Shown here piece by piece: positions 54,070 through 63,905 of a stretch of DNA of 64,000 nucleotides. Numbering within the stretch: position 1 is the stretch's first letter; every line of letters starts with the position of its first letter. The notes under the pieces were generated by a model that saw nothing but the letters and a program-made list of their open reading frames with translations, was not told the DNA's origin and made no database searches. Position numbers and translations under genes: made by a program. Source of the DNA: Perkinsela sp. CCAP 1560/9 (taxonomy: Eukaryota > Protista > Euglenozoa: Kinetoplastea); contig CBFFSA010000003.1 of NCBI GenBank assembly GCA_965644495.1, positions 868,001 through 932,000 of the forward strand, given 5' to 3'.

Positions 54070-54345
54070 ATGACAATTATGTCCGGAAGGGATGCTTTTG
54101 AACAAGATTTAACTCTTGCTGATCCAGCTCATGTCCTTTTCGAGATGGTCCAACAGCAGAGACGTGTGTCCGTATGGCTTCACAGTGCGAATTATAGCCT
54201 TGAGGGTGAACTTCTTGGCATGGATGAATTCATGAATCTTGTTTTGGGCAATCCAGTAGAGGTCTGGAAGTCCGGAGACAGAGTTTCTCAGGGAGAGACA
54301 CTTTTATTAAAAGGGGATAGCGTGGTGTTGGTCACCCCAGTATAA
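54070..54345 (+). CDS. SmE: Sm protein SmE
   Basis: P..VLF...RVSVWL...LEGELLGMDEFMNLVL...LLLKGDSV. Confidence 0.9.
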   Translation: MTIMSGRDAFEQDLTLADPAHVLFEMVQQQRRVSVWLHSANYSLEGELLGMDEFMNLVLGNPVEVWKSGDRVSQGETLLLKGDSVVLVTPV

Positions 54346-54665
54346 TATCGCTCCAACGCAAGTTTATGTAGTTCTGCGGATCGAATCATTTTCTTAGTGT
54401 TTTCTGCGTTTTTGTACTCTGTCGACCGTTTTACCAGGACACTCGTAATATTTTTCATAGTAACCTACAAGACTCCTGGTGTTTTGGTGATGATACATAT
54501 CGTGATGCGATAGGTTTCTTTGTATACATTTTGGTTTGTTATTATCAAGTTATACATAATCCGACAAGGCGGACACCAAAACACCATGGAAGAGAGTCTT
54601 TGTATACATACTAATTAAGCTTTTAGTATTTCTTTTAGTATTATTTTTTTGCATTAACAATTATC

Positions 54666-54935
54666 ATGTCATCCAGCATACCGGAGCGACTTTTACGCGA
54701 AGCGGCGGATCACATAGTTGAAGTTGAACTGATGAATGGTGACCATTATCGCGGTCGCGTGAAGCATGTTGAAGATAACATGAACATTACTCTTCTGGAT
54801 GCAACTTGTCTTCCAAAAAATGGGCAATCAACCAAATCTTCCGAAATATTTGTCCGTGGTCGACGCATTCGATATGTTGTTCTGCCTGAAATTTTGCGTA
54901 ATCATCCACTGTTTTCATCTGAAGCAGGCAAATAG
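54666..54935 (+). CDS. SmD3: Sm protein SmD3 (no RG tail)
   Basis: IPERLLREA.DHIVEVE..NGDHYRG...EDNMN...IFVRGRRIRYVVLPEILRNHPLF. Confidence 0.9.
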   Translation: MSSSIPERLLREAADHIVEVELMNGDHYRGRVKHVEDNMNITLLDATCLPKNGQSTKSSEIFVRGRRIRYVVLPEILRNHPLFSSEAGK

Positions 54936-55245
54936 TTGATCCTTCTATTCGACTTTTACGGTACTGCACTGCAATCCTAAAAAATTTAACATCAGAGAGT
55001 CTGATGTATTCGAGACTGCGCCGTTAGAAACGTTACGTTTAACTACTTTGTTGTTATAATGTTTAAAATATCTTACTTGTACAATTTATCTAAAATGCTT
55101 TTCGAGGTTTCTATTATAAACCTAAACATAGAAAAAGAATAATTACTTTGTCAAATACATGGGATTATAAGCCGAACCACATGCAGATTACGCATGATCG
55201 ACACGTATTTTCATATTTTTCGTTGAGAGCTCCCCACAGTGCCTC

Positions 55246-56871
55246 ATGAGTTCTCTCCCGTTGTTTATCCGTTTGGCAAACTACTCCAGTCGTTTGGACT
55301 GCGAATGGAACACAATGCTTTACACTTTACGGCATCATACGCATGCTCGATTTCCCTGGCACGTATTCCGATCAAAATCACGAATTCTTGAAAAAGCATC
55401 AACTGTTGCATCCTCGGAAGTTTCTGAAGAGGAACTTTACCTACGAGCCCCTTTGAGTCCTCTGTTTCGTTTAGAAACACATTTGCAACGAAATTTATGT
55501 TGGTCCGCGTGGTATACAGCCACGAATTGCGTAAGTTTGATACACATCATGGGTTATTCCATCGTGTGCAACTCGGTCCGAGGACGATTTCTTCATGCAC
55601 TTGGAAGAGCGACGGCCTATTTCTGCATTGCCATCATACTGATTCCGATGAGTCTAATACAAAGTTGCGGTAATATGCTTTTTGGCGCAGCGACTCAAAT
55701 TTTCTGTCCAGGATATTATTATTTCGATCCTATTGTTGGGTACTGGAGGCACTGTGCTCCGTACAAGGTCGTTGAACTTCATTCATTGCGTGATAAACTA
55801 ATGCGTCGTGGTCGCTTGTTGTTCCGCCTACGATATTCCCCAAAAAAGGTTGAGCACCGATCCTGCGAAATGTTTTTTAGCAAACACCGTTTGGTGGGTG
55901 AAATCCACTACCAAACATTGGGAATCACACGCAAAGCTTCTGCGTCGGAAGTTGAGGATGCCTACCGAAGACTCTCCGCTGCCTTTCCTCCGGAAAAAGA
56001 CCCTATCCGATACCAGGAAATTTTAGCTGCATACACCGTACTGCGTGATCCGAGCTCACGTCGGCTCTACGACTTGGGTGGGGAAGGCGCAGTGGAGAGC
56101 AAGGGGTGCAATCCTCTTTTTGTTGGTTTCTGTAGCCCTCGCTCTCCCGCGTATCGCGAAAGCGTGCGAGAATACCTCGGAGGCCCTCTGCTCACACACT
56201 GGTTCACCGGTGATCTCTACTTCACCCCTCTTCAAATGCTCGTCCTCGACCGTGTTGTGTTAAGCCGCATGGATTGGGAACTTCTATCCTTTACTCGCAC
56301 TGTCCACATTGCCACAAGCCTACAACACAACATTTTATCCCATTTCGATCCCTCCCATCAGGACGCCTTCTACGCCCGTTGCCATACCTTTGTGAAACGT
56401 TTTATCCTCACCTCCCCTCTAGGGCCTCCGATCGTGCACGAACTCGGTCGTATCTACCTCGCGGTGGCGGATGCCACCCTTCACCCGGTACGTCGTCGGT
56501 TGGCCCCTCGATGGATTCTTCTTCAAAACCTCTGGGGATTTTTTCTGTTATTCTGGTCGCAGCGAAAGGCGGTTCAGGCTGAGGATAAACCCCAGATGGG
56601 TCGCAACACACTCACCGTGCAGTTCCATGCCTTACGCACAGACCTGCACTACGCCTCTCGACACGCCCTGCTCTATTTAATGAGTCAGCAGCGCAATCGA
56701 GTCAAGCAAAGGGAACTCGCCCAGGCGCTACGGATCCTGGGAGCCGTGATGCGAGCTCAAGGGGTTTCGTGGGCGTGTGAGACGCCGAGCGCCCCGAGTG
56801 AGCTGTACGGCAGGATGCAATCCGCCGCGGTACGGTGGAAAACGGTGGATTTAAGCCGTGTTGGGTTTTGA
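55246..56871 (+). CDS. J-like protein with degenerate HPD and DnaJ-X-like C-terminus
   Basis: HYQTLGI...EVEDAYRRLSAAFPPEK...YQEILAAYTVLRDP..RRLYD..G; same layout as the 47.6 kb gene. Confidence 0.8.
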   Translation: MSSLPLFIRLANYSSRLDCEWNTMLYTLRHHTHARFPWHVFRSKSRILEKASTVASSEVSEEELYLRAPLSPLFRLETHLQRNLCWSAWYTATNCVSLIHIMGYSIVCNSVRGRFLHALGRATAYFCIAIILIPMSLIQSCGNMLFGAATQIFCPGYYYFDPIVGYWRHCAPYKVVELHSLRDKLMRRGRLLFRLRYSPKKVEHRSCEMFFSKHRLVGEIHYQTLGITRKASASEVEDAYRRLSAAFPPEKDPIRYQEILAAYTVLRDPSSRRLYDLGGEGAVESKGCNPLFVGFCSPRSPAYRESVREYLGGPLLTHWFTGDLYFTPLQMLVLDRVVLSRMDWELLSFTRTVHIATSLQHNILSHFDPSHQDAFYARCHTFVKRFILTSPLGPPIVHELGRIYLAVADATLHPVRRRLAPRWILLQNLWGFFLLFWSQRKAVQAEDKPQMGRNTLTVQFHALRTDLHYASRHALLYLMSQQRNRVKQRELAQALRILGAVMRAQGVSWACETPSAPSELYGRMQSAAVRWKTVDLSRVGF

Positions 56872-57146
56872 AGAGGGTGGGGGTGAAGAGAGGGTGGGAG
56901 TGGGTGGCTTCAAACGGCTGTTTCGCCTCAAGGCAAATGTTGGGTTCCTATGTATTGGTATTCGTTTTTGACCAAGTATTTTCTGATGGATTCGACCTAA
57001 CTCGTCTTTACTACTCAACAAAGTTTCAAACAGGGATAGGAGGGTATAATGTACAAACATAATGAGTGTGATCCTCTACTATTTCTGCGGCAGTCTCCCG
57101 AAAAAAAATATAATTGTGTAAATTTAGTATCACAAGTTCCATACCA

Positions 57147-57530
57147 ATGTCAAAGCGTACGAAAGACGTGCGTAACAAACGTGAACGCACACATCGCCCT
57201 AAATTCGACCTTCCTACAAGTTTGTTTCAACAAACGTTATCATGTCTTCAGGGTAAATCGATAATTGTTCAATTGAAAAACGGAGTGAAGATTCCTGGAA
57301 CGCTAGGCAAGGTCGATACAACGCTTAATGTTTGGTTGAAAGAACTTTCAATTGATACCGAGGAATACCCAATGTTTCGACGAATGTTATCTCCAGTTTT
57401 TATTCGCGGTAGTTGTATACGTAGTATAGAGCTTCCTTCCAATAGCATCAATGTTGATAAACTTACATCGCTTTGTGCGTCAAAGTACTCTTCACCTCCG
57501 ACAGCATCAGAGCAGATGGAAAGCGTATAG
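57147..57530 (+). CDS. LSM2: U6 snRNA-associated LSm2
   Basis: LF...L.GKSIIVQLKN...GTL..VD..LNVWL...EEYP...FIRGSCIRSIELP...INVDKL. Confidence 0.8.
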   Translation: MSKRTKDVRNKRERTHRPKFDLPTSLFQQTLSCLQGKSIIVQLKNGVKIPGTLGKVDTTLNVWLKELSIDTEEYPMFRRMLSPVFIRGSCIRSIELPSNSINVDKLTSLCASKYSSPPTASEQMESV

Positions 57531-58040
57531 ATAATTTTTATATGTAGTCACAGTTCGAAGGCTCGAATATGGAATATTCGGTAATGAAAGAACATTACAA
57601 GTACTAAGTGTTCGTTGCCAATGATTTTTTCTAGTAGAGTGTTTCTTATAAAATCAAGATGTACGGATGTTCGTCTAGTGTTGATCATTCAAAAGCGCAA
57701 TTGATGGAGTACTCCCACATTCACAATTTATTTTTATTATATCATTTTTATTTTATGATTACATCATTTTGTTACTACATGTAATATATTGGCAAACCGC
57801 ATTTTATGCCGGTGCAAACCCGCAAGCATTGCGTCGTTCAACTGATTGGTCTGATTTTTCTTTGGACATATGCCGTGTGGTTTTCCATGCAGGTGTGGCA
57901 GAAATCACGCCAAACGCAAGCCTGTGCACTAAATTCCTCTTCAATGGAGTACTACTACATTCTTCTTTGTGGTCCCATGTTTATTCCCATATTCGTAATA
58001 TGGTCGTACTTTAGCTGGCTGAGTTTTAAGTTTTTTAAGC

Positions 58041-58115
58041 ACAATTAGTTACTAATTGTACACAAGGATAAAGGAGACATAATGCACTAATAGTATGTTT
58101 CCCTTATCCTTGTGT
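58041..58115. repeat. 19-bp palindrome plus adjacent 22-bp-arm hairpin
   Basis: acaattagt-t-actaattgt; acacaaggataaaggagacata / tatgtttcccttatccttgtgt (one mismatch, one G-U). Confidence 0.8.
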
Positions 58116-58306
58116 CTAATTTATGCGTACTGCACATTACCCAACACGTTATCTGCATTGAATTTAGACGGTACTTTTAAATCAAAGTTTTCAATTCACA
58201 ATGTGAATTAACTTTTAACGTGACACATTACGCCCTATTGTATTTGTTAGAATGATTGGGTCTTACGTGCTTATCTGAATTTGTTGCAATGTAAGGTGGT
58301 TTCAAT

Positions 58307-61033
58307 ATGGAACAGCTAACGAGCCCTACTTTGGAACCTCGTATCTCATCGCCATCTTCACTATCCACTCCTCTTCGTCTTTCTGAATTCGCGAAAAACA
58401 AGCCTTCGGGGAGAAATTCCTTTTTTCTCTTAGAATCTCTCAGAGATATAGAGGGTATTCGTCTAAATGAATCTCTTTCTGTGTATTACAGAGAATTGGT
58501 TAAGTCCCTTCAACAGCTCATGGATCGAAGTAAACAAACCAGTCTTTTGATCGCAGATTGTCATGACGCGGCAATTTCGGAACGCGAATGTTACGTTCTC
58601 TGTCAGCTATGCATTGCGCGTGATCCGTGTGTATACAGACTTCAGTGTCACAGTATTGAGCTGTTTCATCAATCTCTTCTGTCTTCACGAGAACTTAAGG
58701 ATGTTATTGTGATTGCATGGAAAGTATATTGTGTGCTGCTGTCACGTGTTTCTCCCGCACGCGATTTAGTACATGCTCTCCGAATACCCCACACTACTGC
58801 AGCACTTGTTGCAATGATACACTCCGTTGAAACTATGCAATCTCAATCAAAATCTCCAACATCCGATGCGTCGAGTCACACGGTCCGTATCTTAGTAGCT
58901 CACCTACTGAAGGCAATGACATCCAATTTAGATCTCAGCAGAGACGCCAGTGGTTTCATTCTGCGCAATTTAGTGCACTGTGAAGAACGAGCCGATTTCC
59001 TGCTTGATCAGGGCTTGCGTGAAGAAATGCGTGTATGGAAGCAACGAGCCTTGCAGTCGATATACTCGAAGTTAACTCGTCGCGAAATCATACATTCATT
59101 GTGCTTAGCTCTAGGTCATGTAAACGTATCACAGCATCACGTAGATTTTGAATGCGGGCCTAGCGCTGGCCCATTAGTACTTAGGCAGACTAGTTGTCGT
59201 TTTTCGAAAGTTTATGACCACTATCTGAAATGTGTCGAGCCGCTGCATGCTACAACCACGAAGGATGGCTCAACGTTCGCAGTATGTGGTATGCTTTCTG
59301 AGCGGCACATACTGGAATGTTTAGTCGGGTTGCTTCAGATTGGAGAATGCCACACGCATGATTCAGCGGAAAAATATATACCTTGGACACATTCTGTAGT
59401 GTCTTACTCTCAAACCGTAAATTACATCTTTTTAGCGCTAAAGAAACACAACACATGCTCACCAGTTACTTCATCGCTAGTCCGCGCCTCTGAATTTTTA
59501 TTTAGAGAATGTGTGAACAGTTTTCAAAGAGCTTCGGAAAGCGCGTGGTCCGTATGCCTGTACCACACGTGGTGTGTTGTGCATATGAATACATGTTTTA
59601 TGGCTTCTCCAAGGAATTCGTTTCAATTTCTTGCTCTATTGATTAGTAACTTGTTACGCAGCTCTACCGAATCGAGACCCAATCTAACGCGAAGTAGTCA
59701 TATTTGGTACGCTTTTCTTACACCTTCGTTAGGTCCCGTGTATACTCTGTTTCTTCACCGGTTTGAAAACTCGCTGAAGGAGAGGGGCAACACTAGTTTT
59801 TCTGCGCAACTGCAAAACATCTTACTAGAACTGTGCGTTCGTCTTTCATGTTCGCTTCCTAAAATGATATGGCAGAAATTATTTGATGATAGAAATACAA
59901 AGGAGGCTCATATTATTTTTTTGCTCTCTATGATACGCGTCGATCTTACTAGTTGGTATGAGGGTCTGCTTACGACTGCGGTTGAGCAATATTGGCTTCA
60001 CGAAGCACCTAACAAGGCAGTGCCATTATGTATCTTACCAAGAATGTTCTCATCAGCTCAAAAGAGAAATCTAAGAGCGCATTCTTCCCTAGTCCTAACT
60101 GATTTTTTTGACGAAATTTTGCCCTTGATTCGAAGCATTCTTGACCGTGTTTTTCAGATGGACTATTTACTCTTACATACTGCAGTGCTGCTTTTTCTTC
60201 CTGTCTCGCACACATTTATGGTGCTAAATCAAATTTTTAATAAACCGAATACACCCCTCCTTGAGCATTTTTCTGCTGATCTTAGCTTTGATCACATCAC
60301 GTCAAGCCCGGAAAATATACGAAATGACATGGAAATGTATAACCACCAACTTCAAGTCATGTTTTTCATATTTCAATTGGCTTCTTCACTTTCTGGTGTG
60401 TTGTCTCGGGGAAAAAGTTTGGATTCTGGTTCTCCTTTGTTAGAATATTGCACTCATAAAGTCACAACTAATACGTTGCTGAATATTTCACGCACGGCTT
60501 TGCATCACCTTTTATTGCCTTCCAATTTGAGAACGCTAATTGATGTGTACATGAGTGCTACGTACTCGAACATTTTTCAAAGTCCCCCGAGAGCACTATC
60601 TGATTCTTTACTAACTCTCATGTGCATAATCAAATTTCATCTTGAATTCACTCCTTTAGATCATAGTATTTTGATGAAGTCACCTTATATTAGACGGCTC
60701 CTCATTATACTTTACTCAAAGCGTACTTCTAGTATTTTTTCAAAACAAACAACAGGCAAGGACATTTCACAATCACTAGGCTTGAATGGACTTATCACAT
60801 CTTTTTTCGAGCTAATTGAAAACGATATACTTCAAGTCAATTTGAAGGAGCGAGTTCCCACCTATAACATTCGCGTTGAGAAGTACATTGAAGAAGCCGT
60901 TCGATTAGTCGAGAACGCTGCATTTTTGCATGAAGATACGTCTAATGATCATACGAAGAATCATTTGTTACGCAGTCTTCTTGACGTTCTTAGAATCACT
61001 GTTGATCGCTTGTATCTCAAATTTTCGTCTTAA
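58307..61033 (+). CDS. large hypothetical protein (908 aa)
   Basis: Uninterrupted Leu-rich ORF on the cluster strand; no motif recognised. Confidence 0.75.
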   Translation: MEQLTSPTLEPRISSPSSLSTPLRLSEFAKNKPSGRNSFFLLESLRDIEGIRLNESLSVYYRELVKSLQQLMDRSKQTSLLIADCHDAAISERECYVLCQLCIARDPCVYRLQCHSIELFHQSLLSSRELKDVIVIAWKVYCVLLSRVSPARDLVHALRIPHTTAALVAMIHSVETMQSQSKSPTSDASSHTVRILVAHLLKAMTSNLDLSRDASGFILRNLVHCEERADFLLDQGLREEMRVWKQRALQSIYSKLTRREIIHSLCLALGHVNVSQHHVDFECGPSAGPLVLRQTSCRFSKVYDHYLKCVEPLHATTTKDGSTFAVCGMLSERHILECLVGLLQIGECHTHDSAEKYIPWTHSVVSYSQTVNYIFLALKKHNTCSPVTSSLVRASEFLFRECVNSFQRASESAWSVCLYHTWCVVHMNTCFMASPRNSFQFLALLISNLLRSSTESRPNLTRSSHIWYAFLTPSLGPVYTLFLHRFENSLKERGNTSFSAQLQNILLELCVRLSCSLPKMIWQKLFDDRNTKEAHIIFLLSMIRVDLTSWYEGLLTTAVEQYWLHEAPNKAVPLCILPRMFSSAQKRNLRAHSSLVLTDFFDEILPLIRSILDRVFQMDYLLLHTAVLLFLPVSHTFMVLNQIFNKPNTPLLEHFSADLSFDHITSSPENIRNDMEMYNHQLQVMFFIFQLASSLSGVLSRGKSLDSGSPLLEYCTHKVTTNTLLNISRTALHHLLLPSNLRTLIDVYMSATYSNIFQSPPRALSDSLLTLMCIIKFHLEFTPLDHSILMKSPYIRRLLIILYSKRTSSIFSKQTTGKDISQSLGLNGLITSFFELIENDILQVNLKERVPTYNIRVEKYIEEAVRLVENAAFLHEDTSNDHTKNHLLRSLLDVLRITVDRLYLKFSS

Positions 61034-61181
61034 CATCTTAAACCTAACGCATGATAATATAATCTACTAATATTATTACGTTATTGAGTTGGGTAACGTC
61101 TCCATCAATCTCTCAAGACAGTTATTGAGTCTTCTTTGCTTATCGGCAATTGAAATAATTTTCTTTGGTAAGTTTTTTAGA

Positions 61182-61529
61182 ATGCGAGGCGACTCAAAGA
61201 TTCCCGAGGGAAATGAAACGGGGCCGTGTGCGGATCAGGCTACTCGTTGGCGAAGCTGTCTCAAAGAATTTGATTATACGCCTGATAGAGATGTTTCTGC
61301 ATGTGGCCCCGAGCGTTCTGACTATTATTCGTGCCTACGTTCCTATAGAAAGGGTATGGGAGTAGATCCAGACGCTGATTCTGCTTGCCAACTCCCAACC
61401 GAATGTGTCGGAGCTAGTGATAAATTTCACGAATGTATGATGATAAATGCTTTCGTCTCTGAAAGATGCAAAAGTTACATGGCTACTTTAAGGGAATGTT
61501 ACTTAAAGTACAAAAGTCCAAGTGCGTAG
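61182..61529 (+). CDS. mitochondrial intermembrane-space protein with two twin-CX9C (CHCH) domains
   Basis: CADQATRWRSC, CGPERSDYYSC, CVGASDKFHEC, CKSYMATLREC. Confidence 0.85.
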   Translation: MRGDSKIPEGNETGPCADQATRWRSCLKEFDYTPDRDVSACGPERSDYYSCLRSYRKGMGVDPDADSACQLPTECVGASDKFHECMMINAFVSERCKSYMATLRECYLKYKSPSA

Positions 61530-61975
61530 CGAGTAAAAGTGCGTAGCGAGTAAAATTTCAAGTGTTTTCACTTTATTTTACTTCATTTTATGAAAATGAA
61601 GTAACGGAGCAGAGAAACTTGCATTCTGGATTACGGGCCGTGATATTCTTCTGAATCGGTCACTTCGGAAAACCAATTTTTAGACCAAAGAGTTTTTATT
61701 TCTCCTCACGCGCTGCATTCTATGCGGCGTGCGGGTTACTATCATTTTTATTCTATTGCGGTGGTTGTATACCGCTCTACCCTTGTTTATTGAAAAACAA
61801 ATTGATGAACAACAACGAAAAAGGGGCTAATCTCGTTACCTCTCCCTTACTTCACCTCCCCCCTTACTTCACCACAAGCCCACTGGGCTATTAGTAAAGT
61901 GCTGCGGCGGTTGTATCACTTATCTGTCACGTTTTCTCGAAACGTAGCGACAGATAACTAGGGGGTAAAGTAATA

Positions 61976-62309
61976 AACCCCGTTCCGGGTTAATGTACCT
62001 GTAGCTCGCTATTTTACCGGGGGGCACAATAAGTGGAAACGCTTGGTTTTACTGTACCCCCCCCCTGCGCAAAAGAGGGCGGCGCGAAGCGGCGCCAATT
62101 TTTTTTGGGGGGCCTTTATACAGATTTTATTTTTAAAATTGTTTACAATTTTACCATTTCCACTAGCGAAGACATGAAAATAGAAAAGCCCCGGCGCCGC
62201 GAAGCGGCGCGAAATTTGTTTTTGCACTATTTTGATTCTTTTTCGGAATTTTTATTGTACCTGTAGCTAGTTATTGTACCGGGGGGGTACATTAACCCGG
62301 ACGGGGCTT
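61976..62309. mobile_element. MITE with ~24-bp TIR and TA TSD
   Basis: ta-aaccccgttccgggttaatgtacc ... ggtacattaacccggacggggctt-ta; contains two GCGAAGC hairpin motifs. Confidence 0.75.
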
Positions 62310-62392
62310 TAGAAGAAAAGTTATTCATACAGGGCAATACCTGTAGAGATTTCCAGACAATGCGTGTCTCACAATGTCGTTTTTGACCGAAA

Positions 62393-62768
62393 CTACTGGT
62401 CCCCCCTTCCCATGCCATGCACTCTCGTCGCGTGATAAAACTGCCGCGCACGGCCTTTTGAATCATTTGTATGTTCTAGAAAGGCAAATGCAAGAAAATT
62501 GTCGCCGCTGTACCGCGAAAATAGTGTGCGACAAGATGTATTAGGCAACCCGTGTGCACCAATTTCAAAAATCAGAAGTTGGCACCTCGGGTTAGTTAGC
62601 CTCCTTCTGTGTACCAGTTCGTTGTACTTGTTCCTCATCCGTTCATGTTCCCCGTCCATAGATTCCTCCCAGGGTGCCTTTAGTTCAATGATATATTCGC
62701 TACCGCCCTGGAGGGTGACTTTTCCACCGGGGCGTAGCAAGGTTTCCGTGAACCACCAGCCGGCGCCC
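62393..62768 (-). pseudogene. restriction-like endonuclease (RLE) C-terminus of a non-LTR retrotransposon
   Basis: LRP(D>G)...YIIELKAPWEESM...ERMRNKYNEL...FEIGAHG follows the RPD..E.K/T.PW..KY..EVG.G pattern of RLE LINEs. Confidence 0.85.
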
Positions 62769-62923
62769 GCACATTGATAACGCATACTAAGCGGTACATT
62801 GATAATGCTTATTAAGCGGCACTTTGATAGCACATTGATAGCTCATACGTGTTTTTATTTGACCAGAATTTGATTTGACCTTCAGAATGTCAGTTTCCCA
62901 ACGTAAAACCAAATATAAAAAAA

Positions 62924-62962
62924 AAACTTTAACGATAAAGATACAGTTTCTGTACCTTGTTG
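62924..62962 (+). other. relict spliced-leader exon (not followed by a GT donor)
   Basis: aaagatacagtttctgtaccttgttg differs at 2 of 26 positions from the bodonid-type SL 3' portion AAAGATACAGTTTCTGTACTTTATTG (recalled from memory); next bases are AATT. Confidence 0.75.
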
Positions 62963-63142
62963 AATTATTTCCTTTTTCTTCCCTACACCATCTTCCAGAC
63001 CATAGGAGGGCACCCCCCTCAAATACACACTTTCTTGTCGGCATCCCCCCTCCCTCTCTCGTCCCATCATCCCCCTGCGCCGTATCCCCCCACCTCGACC
63101 TTCCGTGTAAGCGCGCTTGTCGTTCTGTTGTTTTCCTCTCTT

Positions 63143-63394
63143 GCGTCCCCCACCCCCGTGCCAGCAGCCCAAAGTATTGTATACTTGCTCACGGGGTGGG
63201 GGCAGAGGTCCAGACCGATGGGCTCGGGCGCCGTTTCTCCTTGTCCCCGCGTCCGTCCCGCCATGTCCCTCTTCCCGCTTTTTGCCCTCGGCGTGACGGC
63301 GGCTATGCGTTTCGTCTCCTTCAAGTCTCCCACCCTCGTACAGCAACTCAAAGTATCTTATACTGCTAACGGGGTGGGAGCGGAGGTCCTGGAC
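63143..63394 (+). repeat. two diverged ~70-nt hairpin units (63144-63215, 63325-63395)
   Basis: cYcccaccc..cgt..agca...aagtat...atact.gct.acggggtgggRgc.gaggtcc in both copies. Confidence 0.75.
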
Positions 63395-63706
63395 CACATG
63401 GGCCACAGTGCGGGCGAGCCGGTCAGTAGGGACGCGTCAGTCGGTAGGGGGTAAGTGGGGGAAGGGAAGTGAGTGCGGTGAGGGGAAGGAAGTAGGGGAA
63501 GGAAGGAAGTAGGGTGAAAGGTTTTAAGTGGTGGAAAGTTCGAAACGTAGATATAAACATTAGAATCAATACTACTCCCCCCCCCAAAAAAAAACCAAAC
63601 GCCTAGACAGCGACGGGAAACAGCGAGCACCGGTGAAATTATTAGAGGGAAAGCACAAAGGTGAAATTATTAACCGGTTGTAATGTAAACAAGATCTAGG
63701 TTCATT

Positions 63707-63905
63707 GGCCCGGCCGGCCCCTCCATGCGTTCGGCCTCTCATTTCCCCCAAAACAACTACCACCCTTCCCCGGGGGAAGGGTTCAAATGGGGGAAGTTCC
63801 CCCATTTATCAGGGGTCGCTCGCGCGACCCCCGCTAAATAGGGGGGGGGAGGTGGTATTTGTGGGGTATGGAGGCCTCTCGCAACACCGGGACCTCGCCG
63901 GGAGC
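63707..63905. repeat. third copy of the 39.1 kb GC-rich fold-back repeat
   Basis: Near-identical to 39074-39245 with a ~30-bp insertion; the upstream gtaaacaagatctaggtt is also shared. Confidence 0.9.

Noticed and set aside
61520-61555. 17-bp tandem duplication over the CHCH stop codon; also short tandem repeats at 41588-41700
   Set aside because: Ordinary slippage duplications with no coding effect.
62875-63454. Three 160-175 aa ORFs on both strands
   Set aside because: No ATG-led motif-bearing frame; they are open because of GC-rich low complexity.
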